From an uncultured virus (IMG/VR IMGVR_UViG_3300030104_006994) (taxonomy: Duplodnaviria > Heunggongvirae > Uroviricota > Caudoviricetes): DNA of 20,000 nucleotides. The stretch's first letter is position 1, and each line of letters starts with the position of its first letter. Of the stretch, positions 9,621-16,895 are shown piece after piece. The stretch lies in the IMG/VR virus record IMGVR_UViG_3300030104_006994; one strand, given 5' to 3'. The notes under the pieces are model-generated. The model saw nothing but the letters and a program-made list of their open reading frames with translations, had not been told where the DNA came from and did no database searches. Made by a program: the position numbers and the translations under genes.

Positions 9621-10193
9621 TTACAGTTCAAGTTTCACCAAAACGCTACCGTCATCATCAGCGCCACCTAGGGCTTTACCGATAGATGAGTTCTCAGCAG
9701 CTTGGTTTGTGATTTGACCGTCACCTGTTACGTACAGGGTGTCGCCAGCAGAAATCTTAGCAGTAACAGCGGTAAATGCGCCAGTTGCGAAAAGGAACGT
9801 TCCTTTTGTTGCGACTGGAACAGCTTGTCCACTAATAGCTGCATTAAGCTCAGCCGCTTTTTGCGGATTGAACTTAAGTGATTCTCCATTTTCATCGAAT
9901 TCTCTAACGTCATAAAGAAGAATTCCAAGCGGCGCTTCGCTACCGCCATTTGCAAATTCTACTTCTGCGTTAACGCCATAACGTTGAGAAACAACGTTAT
10001 TGTAAGCAGCTCCAACGTCTGTCAAAAGTTGCGTTTCATCGGTGTTGCTCCAGCCTGTTTTAATCTTAACAACTGAACCAGCTTCAACAGTGGTTGAGGA
10101 GTTAAGAACAACGGCTGTATCACCAAACGCAAACAAATTGACGACATCGTGCTCATCATAATCCCGGAAGGGCATTAGTCTTTCGTTTGCCAT
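9621..10193 (-). CDS. Capsid decoration/cement protein (beta-tulip, lambda gpD-like), 190 aa
   Basis: Lies between scaffold and MCP; motifs PLGILL, GQAVPVATKG and AGDTLYVTGDGQIT...IGKALG. Confidence 0.75.
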   Translation of the reverse strand: MANERLMPFRDYDEHDVVNLFAFGDTAVVLNSSTTVEAGSVVKIKTGWSNTDETQLLTDVGAAYNNVVSQRYGVNAEVEFANGGSEAPLGILLYDVREFDENGESLKFNPQKAAELNAAISGQAVPVATKGTFLFATGAFTAVTAKISAGDTLYVTGDGQITNQAAENSSIGKALGGADDDGSVLVKLEL

Positions 10194-10211
10194 AATATTT
10201 TAGGTTTCCTA

Positions 10212-10823
10212 TTAGAGTTTGATATCGAAATTTTCGATACTAAAAGCTTTACTATACTTATCGGTAATAGAAGGCTCTTCGGCTGGAGAAGAAACAGGAA
10301 CAGTTTCCTTTTCGACTTCTGCGTTTTCAACAGCAGATTCGACAACTTCCTCAGCTACAGAAGCTTCCACTTCCTCTACAACTTCTTCAGTCTCTTCAGT
10401 TTTAACTTTAGAGGAAAGAAGAACCGTCATGTTCTGATCAAAGGCGGTAAAATCTTCTTCGGTCAAGTCCTTGATTTGAGTAGCGAGAACCTTACGGTCT
10501 TCGTCAGTCAAGTCATAACGCTCGTCGAAGGAGGCCATTCTCTGATTGAACTGCTCTAGCATTTCTCTTTCAACTTTTTCAGTTTCTAGAGAAGCTAATT
10601 TCTCCTTGACGGACTCTAATTCTGCCTTGAGAGTTTCATGCTCTTTTAGCAGGCCTTCATGCTTTTCATTAGCTTCAGCAAGAGCGTCTTCTTTTTCTTG
10701 CTTCTCAGAAGTGAACTTCTCAGAGGCATCCTTCAGACTCTCTTGAATGTACTCATGAATCGCAGAAGCTTTAAGAGTCTGCAAGGACTCGTCATTGATG
10801 TCTGTGATATTTTCTATTTTCAT
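10212..10823 (-). CDS. Putative nested in-frame scaffold-only protein starting at Met278, 203 aa
   Basis: ATG at 10823 is preceded by TAAGG (10832-10836, 8-nt spacing) and an AAATGTAAGTA promoter-like element (core 10845-10849). It sits at the protease/coiled-coil boundary. Confidence 0.55.
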   Translation of the reverse strand: MKIENITDINDESLQTLKASAIHEYIQESLKDASEKFTSEKQEKEDALAEANEKHEGLLKEHETLKAELESVKEKLASLETEKVEREMLEQFNQRMASFDERYDLTDEDRKVLATQIKDLTEEDFTAFDQNMTVLLSSKVKTEETEEVVEEVEASVAEEVVESAVENAEVEKETVPVSSPAEEPSITDKYSKAFSIENFDIKL

Positions 10824-11654
10824 AGCTTCTACCTTAGGAATACTTACATTTGTTTTAGTATTTTGGGAAATTTTTTCTTCTTTTTGTTCGGTAACTTCAG
10901 CTTCAATTTGTGTATCTTCAGATGCTACGAGAACACCTTTTACGTCCGCCGCTGGATTTTCAGTTAGGCCGATACCTAGAGGAACTACTTTATTTACTAC
11001 TTTTCTGTAAACATGAGAACCGTCGTCTAACTTACCTTCGCCACCAAAACCTCTCAGTTTGCCTTGATGAGCTTCAACTTCTTGTGGGTCAGAAATAATT
11101 CTAGCATTTTCAATATTTTTCTCTTCAGCTTCAAGCACAACAATATTATATTCATTAAAGCCAAGCTCCCAGCTAGCACTAATATTCATGTAATCATCAC
11201 TAGTTGGATCGCTAGAGTTTTCTATTTTATCAGCGAGTTCTTTGTCTGTAATCTTCCAGATAACTCCGCCGAGAGTTACATTGAAAGGACCTTTCATCTC
11301 TCTAGCTTCTTCTTCAGTTAAAGGCTTGTCATCTCCAAAAGAAGAAAAACCTGCTGTAAGAATAGTCCCAATTACAGATTTACGATTATGCTCAATGTTA
11401 ACAGGTTTATTAACAAAGTTTTTGTGCATCGCTATAGCTGTCTCAGTATCTACTACGTCGCCATTTTTATTAACTCTGTTTGCAACGAAAGCGTTAAACG
11501 CTACGGGCAACAAATCATAGTTGGCATCTGTGTCTACTTCTGGGACGAACTTCTCTAAATCAACCATAGAGGCTAACGCTAGATGCTGGTCTTTTTCTTC
11601 AGACACTAGCGGCCTAATATGGGAACTAAAAATAGTCGTATACTTAGTTTTCAT
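10212..11654 (-). CDS. Prohead maturation protease fused to an acidic coiled-coil scaffold, 480 aa
   Basis: Protease motifs NKNGD, KPVNIEH (His89), ISASWE (candidate Ser) and GIGLTENPA of the HK97/assemblin clan. Residues ~245-480 are E/K-rich helical sequence ending in a hydrophobic tail (FSIENFDIKL). Confidence 0.85.
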   Translation of the reverse strand: MKTKYTTIFSSHIRPLVSEEKDQHLALASMVDLEKFVPEVDTDANYDLLPVAFNAFVANRVNKNGDVVDTETAIAMHKNFVNKPVNIEHNRKSVIGTILTAGFSSFGDDKPLTEEEAREMKGPFNVTLGGVIWKITDKELADKIENSSDPTSDDYMNISASWELGFNEYNIVVLEAEEKNIENARIISDPQEVEAHQGKLRGFGGEGKLDDGSHVYRKVVNKVVPLGIGLTENPAADVKGVLVASEDTQIEAEVTEQKEEKISQNTKTNVSIPKVEAMKIENITDINDESLQTLKASAIHEYIQESLKDASEKFTSEKQEKEDALAEANEKHEGLLKEHETLKAELESVKEKLASLETEKVEREMLEQFNQRMASFDERYDLTDEDRKVLATQIKDLTEEDFTAFDQNMTVLLSSKVKTEETEEVVEEVEASVAEEVVESAVENAEVEKETVPVSSPAEEPSITDKYSKAFSIENFDIKL

Positions 11655-11656
11655 TT

Positions 11657-13096
11657 TTAAATATCTCCGTCGGCTTTTCTATAAGAATCTTTTACTTTGC
11701 CTCCGCGTTTCATTTTTAAGAACATGTTAACGCGAGCCATTGCCCATCCACCACGGCTCATACCGGGACGATGGGAAGAAGAAAATGCGCCTGCTCCTCT
11801 TCTATAAACTTTTTTAAGCTGGCCAAGAGTAACTTTCCTTTTGCTTTTTGCATTATGTTTTTTAACTTTCTCTTTTAAGGATTTAGTTACTTTCTCTGAG
11901 AAAGTGATGGAAGGACCACCCTTGCCTGCGCTACCCGGTTTATTTTTAGATGAGCCTTTTCTTCTCTCGCTAGGCTTAGCTGGAGTTTGCGCACCAGATT
12001 TTCTACCCGGTCTTTTAGCTGCGTCAGATTCTTCTTTCCAAAACTCAATCTCTTCTAAGTCCATAACTTCTTCAAATTCTTCTAAGGACATTATATATTC
12101 TTCCGAAGCTTTTGATGCCCTTTTGGCTTTTTCTATCTGCTCAGGAGTAGGCGCGCCTTTATCGCCTTTCTTTCTCATTTTTTCACCAGAGCCCCTCTTG
12201 ATTCTGTCGCGTTTCTTTTTGATGTTCTCCCAGAGACTAGCGTATTGATCTTTTAGCTCTGCTTCGGTTTTAGCTTCAGTTTTATCCATGTCCATTTCAT
12301 AATATTTCATATAACTATGAACGCTGTTGACATAGTCGGCCGCTTTAGTAAATTTAGATTGAACCCACGGCTCAAAATCAGTTGTGTCGGCCATCTGAGA
12401 AATCATTTCAAAAAGTTCTCTCAGTTGCATCATTGATTTAGCTATTTGAGCTTTAATCATACTACCCTCTTCATGAGAAGCTTTTGCGCCGCCAATTTTC
12501 TTCATTAAAGCTTCGTGACTTGGGCCGGGCATAAACACTGTTTTATCTCCCTCTCCATGAGTATGCACTTTATCAAATCCCATTTTTCTAGCCATTTGCA
12601 TAGCCTGACCGGGATTATTAAAGCTGTACTTTTTCATATCGTGGAGAGGTTTATGTTTAGCCTCGACTTCATCGCAGTCACAATTGCCACATCCGCAGTC
12701 ACCGTCATCAGTAATTTCTTCTTCGATAAAAGCTAGAGCAGGGTTAATTGTTAATAGCTCGTCGTGATCAAAAAAAGTTTGGCCATCCCACTCGTAATCT
12801 ACTTCTGATCCTTGAACTCTTTTACCGGCGCGCCACTGCTGGCAGGACCAATAACGAGCTTTAGTTTTAGGTCCGGGATTATCGCAGTTATGGCGGGCAC
12901 GAAAGCTTTTGCGCCTAGCAGGATCATCCCTTTTAATTTCCATGTTAGGGTCGCCAAAGTTTACTTTAACTACGTTTCCCTTTTCATTTTTAACGTATAC
13001 AGAAAACTTCTTAGGCCCACCCGGTGTGCGAAAAGGCTTGTTCAAAGTTTTCTTTTCTTTAGCTTCTAGTATTTGTTTATCGAAGTCAATTATCAT
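11657..13096 (-). CDS. Modular basic head-associated protein (candidate internal cargo polyprotein), 479 aa
   Basis: Alternating K/R-rich modules and acidic spacers. The modules resemble small phage DUFs I recall (KVNFGDPNMxIK..RRKSFRARHNC...ARYWSC; LKKVYRRGxGAF...HRPG...WAMARVNxF). Directly upstream of the protease gene. Confidence 0.75.
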   Translation of the reverse strand: MIIDFDKQILEAKEKKTLNKPFRTPGGPKKFSVYVKNEKGNVVKVNFGDPNMEIKRDDPARRKSFRARHNCDNPGPKTKARYWSCQQWRAGKRVQGSEVDYEWDGQTFFDHDELLTINPALAFIEEEITDDGDCGCGNCDCDEVEAKHKPLHDMKKYSFNNPGQAMQMARKMGFDKVHTHGEGDKTVFMPGPSHEALMKKIGGAKASHEEGSMIKAQIAKSMMQLRELFEMISQMADTTDFEPWVQSKFTKAADYVNSVHSYMKYYEMDMDKTEAKTEAELKDQYASLWENIKKKRDRIKRGSGEKMRKKGDKGAPTPEQIEKAKRASKASEEYIMSLEEFEEVMDLEEIEFWKEESDAAKRPGRKSGAQTPAKPSERRKGSSKNKPGSAGKGGPSITFSEKVTKSLKEKVKKHNAKSKRKVTLGQLKKVYRRGAGAFSSSHRPGMSRGGWAMARVNMFLKMKRGGKVKDSYRKADGDI

Positions 13097-13506
13097 ATTT
13101 CTATGTCGATTGAGTTTTTAAATTCATCTTTTGTTTCTAGATAAAACTGATCTACGTCTTCAAATTCAATTTCATCTATACCGTGCTCTTTACATTCTGC
13201 CTTAGCCGCCGCTAAACATTCTTCGCTTGGTTCAAAGTTATTTGCTACAGCAGTTTTAAAATTCTTATAATCAGAAAATACCTCTAGGAAGTTATTTATT
13301 CTAGCGGCGCAATAGCTAATGTCGCTACAATCTCTAGCGGCCGATTTAAAAACTTTTATCAAAGTTTCTATCCCTACGCCTTTAACTTCTGTGGCTTTTG
13401 CTTCTAGATAATTTTTTACTTTTAGCGAGTAACCTATGAAAGGATCTTGAATAACTTTCTTCTCTGCGGAAGTTATTTCTAGAATCATATGTTTATTATT
13501 AGCCAC
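13093..13506 (-). CDS. Acidic-tailed hypothetical protein, apparent paralog of the last module of the downstream gene, 137 aa (GTG start)
   Basis: ATGA overlap with the next gene. IGYSLKVKNYLEAK...LIKVFKSAA...CAARINNFL aligns with ITFSEKVTKSLKEK...LKKVYRRGA...AMARVNMFL. Confidence 0.7.
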   Translation of the reverse strand: MANNKHMILEITSAEKKVIQDPFIGYSLKVKNYLEAKATEVKGVGIETLIKVFKSAARDCSDISYCAARINNFLEVFSDYKNFKTAVANNFEPSEECLAAAKAECKEHGIDEIEFEDVDQFYLETKDEFKNSIDIEI

Positions 13507-13510
13507 TTAA

Positions 13511-13526
13511 TATAATTATACACGTA
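13511..13526 (-). promoter_or_regulatory. Putative late promoter of the head operon
   Basis: Minus strand reads TACGTGTATAATTATA; core (13519-13523) is 12 nt before the GTG start at 13506, just after a terminator. Confidence 0.65.
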
Positions 13527-13541
13527 TTTATGCGTTTTTAG

Positions 13542-13568
13542 AAAAAATCCCGCTCAAAAGAGCGGGAT
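13542..13568 (-). terminator. Rho-independent terminator between the lysis cassette and the head operon
   Basis: Minus strand ATCCCGCTC-TTTT-GAGCGGGAT-TTTTT: a perfect 9-bp stem followed by a U tract. Confidence 0.88.
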
Positions 13569-13576
13569 GGATTCTC

Positions 13577-13644
13577 AAGTATTTGTACAGTGATGTGATA
13601 AAATGCTTCTAGAGCATTGACATGATAAACTATATCTAATACTT
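13577..13644. other. Long imperfect hairpin with two symmetric internal loops (candidate structured RNA or operator)
   Basis: Nested inverted repeats AAGTATT/AATACTT, TATAGT/ACTGTA (one G-U), ATGT/ACAT and AATGCT/AGCATT. Direct repeat TGAYRTGATAAA at 13591 and 13618. Confidence 0.45.
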
Positions 13645-13949
13645 TACTTATTTCCTAACGTAATCTTTTTTTCGCCACGACCTAAAGAAAGACCGGGAAA
13701 ATCCCACTCGAACTTGAAGTACGGCAATCTAAAAGAAATACTTTTCTTATCGCATTTAAAGTCGAAAGAAGCGGACACGTCCTTGCCAAGACAGGCAGTT
13801 GGAAGTGGCGCTTTAACTCCTACAAAAGGAATTGTTAGAGTTGGATCTGGTTTAACGCCAGCTCCAAACCATTTTTCTTTCTTCTCTTTAGCCTGCAAAG
13901 GAGTAGAGAGAACCAATAATGCGATCATGAATACTAATAGTTTTTTCAT
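13644..13949 (-). CDS. Small secreted/periplasmic protein, 101 aa
   Basis: Classic Sec signal peptide MKKLLVFMIALLVLSTPLQA; the mature part is beta-rich and aromatic with two Cys. Confidence 0.75.
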   Translation of the reverse strand: MKKLLVFMIALLVLSTPLQAKEKKEKWFGAGVKPDPTLTIPFVGVKAPLPTACLGKDVSASFDFKCDKKSISFRLPYFKFEWDFPGLSLGRGEKKITLGNK

Positions 13950-13952
13950 AAT

Positions 13953-14201
13953 TTATTTAGTTTTCAGAAGCTCAATCTCTGCGGATTGATCTGAAATTGT
14001 TTTTAATACATCACGAGTAAATTCTGGAACGTGTTCCCAAGCTTTATCAATTTGAGGATGAGTCATCAACCTCTGGACAATATCTTGGGGTACTTGAGGA
14101 ATGGAAATATTACTATTCGCTTTTGCCGTCTTGCATCCTGTTGCGAGACTTAGCAGCGCGAAAAGCACGATCAATTTCGTTTTGAGTATCTTTCCAATCA
14201 T
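13953..14201 (-). CDS. Lipoprotein, putative o-spanin (Rz1-like), 82 aa
   Basis: Hydrophobic signal with lipobox LATG-C. Starts inside the preceding gene in another frame (89-nt overlap), the typical overlapped-spanin arrangement. Confidence 0.65.
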   Translation of the reverse strand: MIGKILKTKLIVLFALLSLATGCKTAKANSNISIPQVPQDIVQRLMTHPQIDKAWEHVPEFTRDVLKTISDQSAEIELLKTK

Positions 14202-14325
14202 CTTTTATCTGTTCCTTCTTGTCTCTATTTATCTTATCTACTTTTTCCTCATATGACAAAGTTTTTTTATCTATTACTTTGAACAGAGAACCAAGTATAG
14301 CTAAGATAGACTTGAGCCAAGTCAT
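14113..14325 (-). CDS. Putative i-spanin (Rz-like), 70 aa
   Basis: N-terminal hydrophobic helix (WLKSILAILGSLFKVI) followed by a charged helical segment. TAATG-coupled to the holin and overlapping the lipoprotein gene. Confidence 0.6.
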   Translation of the reverse strand: MTWLKSILAILGSLFKVIDKKTLSYEEKVDKINRDKKEQIKDDWKDTQNEIDRAFRAAKSRNRMQDGKSE

Positions 14326-14531
14326 TACTCTGCTGGCTTCTCTTCTTCTGGAGCCACAGCCTTTTTAGCCTCGGAAGTAATTCCTTTTCTAAGGAAAATA
14401 GCCATTAACGATGCGAAAAGGGCAGATATAGTTGTCTGAAGATCTACCTCTCCAGCGAAATATGCGCCGAGAGCCGTTAAAACCGCTGCACCAGCGGTGA
14501 AATAAGTTTTTTTGCCTGAAAGTGCTTTCAT
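14325..14531 (-). CDS. Putative holin, 68 aa
   Basis: GKKTY N-terminal motif, two hydrophobic helices, LRKGI then a charged C-terminal tail; first gene of the membrane-protein cluster. Confidence 0.7.
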   Translation of the reverse strand: MKALSGKKTYFTAGAAVLTALGAYFAGEVDLQTTISALFASLMAIFLRKGITSEAKKAVAPEEEKPAE

Positions 14532-14539
14532 ACCAAAAT

Positions 14540-14556
14540 CTATTACACAGTTTTTT
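14540..14556 (-). promoter_or_regulatory. Putative late promoter of the lysis cassette
   Basis: Minus strand reads AAAAAACTGTGTAATAG; core (14544-14548) is 12 nt before ATG 14531; no Shine-Dalgarno. Confidence 0.65.
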
Positions 14557-14557
14557 A

Positions 14558-15418
14558 CTAGTCTGTCACCCTAACTGAAGCTGAATAGATAAAATCCACA
14601 TTAACGCCAGAGAATAAGTTTTCGTTAAAAGTTACAGTTGGATTGCCAGTTCCAGCTAAAGCATTAGATAAACTATAATTAAAAGGCATTTGTAAAACTC
14701 CTCCTACGTAACATTGAACTTGCTGATTTTGAGTATTTGCAGCTTCTCCTGAATTTAAACCATCTATTTCATGAATACTATCAACTCCTGTTAAAATAAA
14801 AGAGTTAGTTGACGAATTAGTAGTGCGTCCTGTTTCATGAACTGAATTTATAACTGTTTGAAATATTCCAGTTTCACTAGATTTTACTAATCTATCTCCG
14901 GTAACATGAGCCTCGAAATTGAAGTCAAAAGCACCAGTATAACCTATCCCAGTTAGAGTTTCATTAAATAGAAAAGAAGCATCGTCAAGACTACCTCTTT
15001 CTATCAATATGCCACCAGACTGCAAAGTAATACCTGCTGAAGACTCGCCACTATTTAAAACAATTAAATTATCTTTAATACTAGAATCTACTGTATTTAA
15101 AATAGTCTGCGTTCCAGTAACAGTCAGATTGTTTATAGTTACTAAATCATTAAAAGTAGTAGTGTCAAAAAAAACTTTTGAGCCAGATATATTTTGGTCT
15201 TGATGGTTATCAATTAAGCTACCGGTCATGGTTTCCAAAACCACGCCGGTCTGAACAACTTGCTGCCAACCCCCTGTAACTTTTACATATAATGCCTGAT
15301 CATTGCTGCTGCTTCCAGAAGTTACAAGGATAGCACCATCCGCCACATCTAGCGGAAAACCAGTTAGGCTCCCAGTTGGACCTGTAAATCTATCTCCTGC
15401 ATATCTTGTAAATGACAT
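14558..15418 (-). CDS. Short fibre/baseplate-type virion protein, 286 aa
   Basis: Common fibre motifs DQNISGSKVF and NLTVTGTQT..NT....IKDNLIVLN...GGILIERG. The C-terminal VxxxVGGVLQxP.NY...TF domain is related to those in the gene at 1-2738. Confidence 0.75.
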   Translation of the reverse strand: MSFTRYAGDRFTGPTGSLTGFPLDVADGAILVTSGSSSNDQALYVKVTGGWQQVVQTGVVLETMTGSLIDNHQDQNISGSKVFFDTTTFNDLVTINNLTVTGTQTILNTVDSSIKDNLIVLNSGESSAGITLQSGGILIERGSLDDASFLFNETLTGIGYTGAFDFNFEAHVTGDRLVKSSETGIFQTVINSVHETGRTTNSSTNSFILTGVDSIHEIDGLNSGEAANTQNQQVQCYVGGVLQMPFNYSLSNALAGTGNPTVTFNENLFSGVNVDFIYSASVRVTD

Positions 15419-15419
15419 A

Positions 15420-16895
15420 TCAAGTATAACTGAGTTCTATTTCGTAATATGCGCCGCCATTAAAAAGTTCTGTCACTGAATCAAACATTATGTCAACAGT
15501 TTGATTGTCACTTAGGCCGCTAAAAGTCTTTGTGTATTGGTAAGGACTATTATAATCTGGGGATTCTAACGTCATGTCTAAGCCTCTATTATAAAATCCT
15601 GCATAGCTTTTTATATAATCATCGCCATAGGGGCTATAAACAGATTCACCATCAGGATAACCAGCACTATATTTATCACTAGAAATGTATCCAAAACCGT
15701 GTATTGGATTACCACTTAAATAATTTCCGTTATCATCATAAACAGGTTTATTTGATCCTTGGTCAGAGTAAGCGCCATCAACATAATCAAATATTCTAAC
15801 CGGCCCTTTGAATATATTATTATAATCTAAATAAGGACTGTCAAGCCCATCTCTCCAATATCCCAACATTGGAGCTATGCATTTTATCTGTTTATCTTGA
15901 TTTAAAAATATTTCGCAAGATTGCAAATCTCCAATTCCTGAGTCTAGTACAGTTCTATTAAATTCTTTCTTTGCTTGAGAAGCCTTAAAAGCTAAATCAG
16001 CCATATTTGGCCCATTGTCATTGACTCCATCTGGATAATTGCCGTTTTGATCTCTGCCAAATCTTTGATGATCAGTTCCTAGCCCTTTAATTTTTATAGT
16101 TAAATTGTTAGCTTTGAATCTTATTGAAACTTTGGCTCTTTGACGATAGAAAAAATGAACAAGGTCGGGTTCATCTTGTCCATCAGCACCTCCATTAAAT
16201 CCATTAAATCCTCTATGTTGAACAAATTCATTAATTTCCTGACTCCCAGCGCTCCACCAATCCACTTCCTGAGCCAGTGCTTGATCAGTTGGGCTTAATA
16301 GATGCACATCATCACCTAGCTCAATAAGTTTCTGTGACGCATCTTTTTGGAAATAACATTTTACTGTAGCTGTTTTGCAATCTTCTGAAATAGTCGTGGT
16401 AACTGGATTTGTTTTATGGGCAGAATTGCTTCTCCAAATATTAAGATAATTTCTTAAGACAAAATTATTTAATTCTTTTTCATTTCCGGAGCCTGCTCCT
16501 AAACCTGCCTCTTCGACAAAATCAAACCAGCCTCTAAAATTATCTTCACCTGTTCCATTAATATTGCTCGTAAAGCTACGTGCATATATAACTTTATTTG
16601 CATCAAAATCTGTCTCCCTGTCTGGATGAACTATCGGAATCCCACGCTGGGGGTCGGAGGAAGGGGAACTCGCCAGTTCTGATTCTTTGATATCTTTATG
16701 TAGGCCTACCGCAAGATCACCAAGCGCTATTGCATTTTGTGTATTTGAGTTAACTAAAGAATCTTGTAAAATATAAAGTGCGTCACCACTTGGATCTATT
16801 CCAGCTGCTTCTGAGTTTACAGCAGAAAAACATTCAGTTTCTTCTAAAGTAGATTCTGCGGTTTTCTTCCAAAATGCTGTAGGAAAAGGTTGCAT
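15420..16895 (-). CDS. Putative fibre-tip adhesin / receptor-binding protein, 491 aa
   Basis: TAATG-coupled to the long fibre; aromatic N-terminal peptide MQPFPTAFWK; D/N/G/Y-rich globular body without fibre repeats. Confidence 0.55.
   Translation of the reverse strand: MQPFPTAFWKKTAESTLEETECFSAVNSEAAGIDPSGDALYILQDSLVNSNTQNAIALGDLAVGLHKDIKESELASSPSSDPQRGIPIVHPDRETDFDANKVIYARSFTSNINGTGEDNFRGWFDFVEEAGLGAGSGNEKELNNFVLRNYLNIWRSNSAHKTNPVTTTISEDCKTATVKCYFQKDASQKLIELGDDVHLLSPTDQALAQEVDWWSAGSQEINEFVQHRGFNGFNGGADGQDEPDLVHFFYRQRAKVSIRFKANNLTIKIKGLGTDHQRFGRDQNGNYPDGVNDNGPNMADLAFKASQAKKEFNRTVLDSGIGDLQSCEIFLNQDKQIKCIAPMLGYWRDGLDSPYLDYNNIFKGPVRIFDYVDGAYSDQGSNKPVYDDNGNYLSGNPIHGFGYISSDKYSAGYPDGESVYSPYGDDYIKSYAGFYNRGLDMTLESPDYNSPYQYTKTFSGLSDNQTVDIMFDSVTELFNGGAYYEIELSYT

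Noticed and set aside
8477..13121. Numerous short plus-strand and off-frame ORFs across the head module
   Set aside because: All lie within well-supported minus-strand genes, lack start signals and show shadow-type composition (S/F/L-rich).
13577..13644. CRISPR or TIGR-like guide array suggested by the TGA...TGATAA repeats
   Set aside because: Only two repeat copies, no spacer series and no recognisable effector gene. Retained only as a structured-element candidate.
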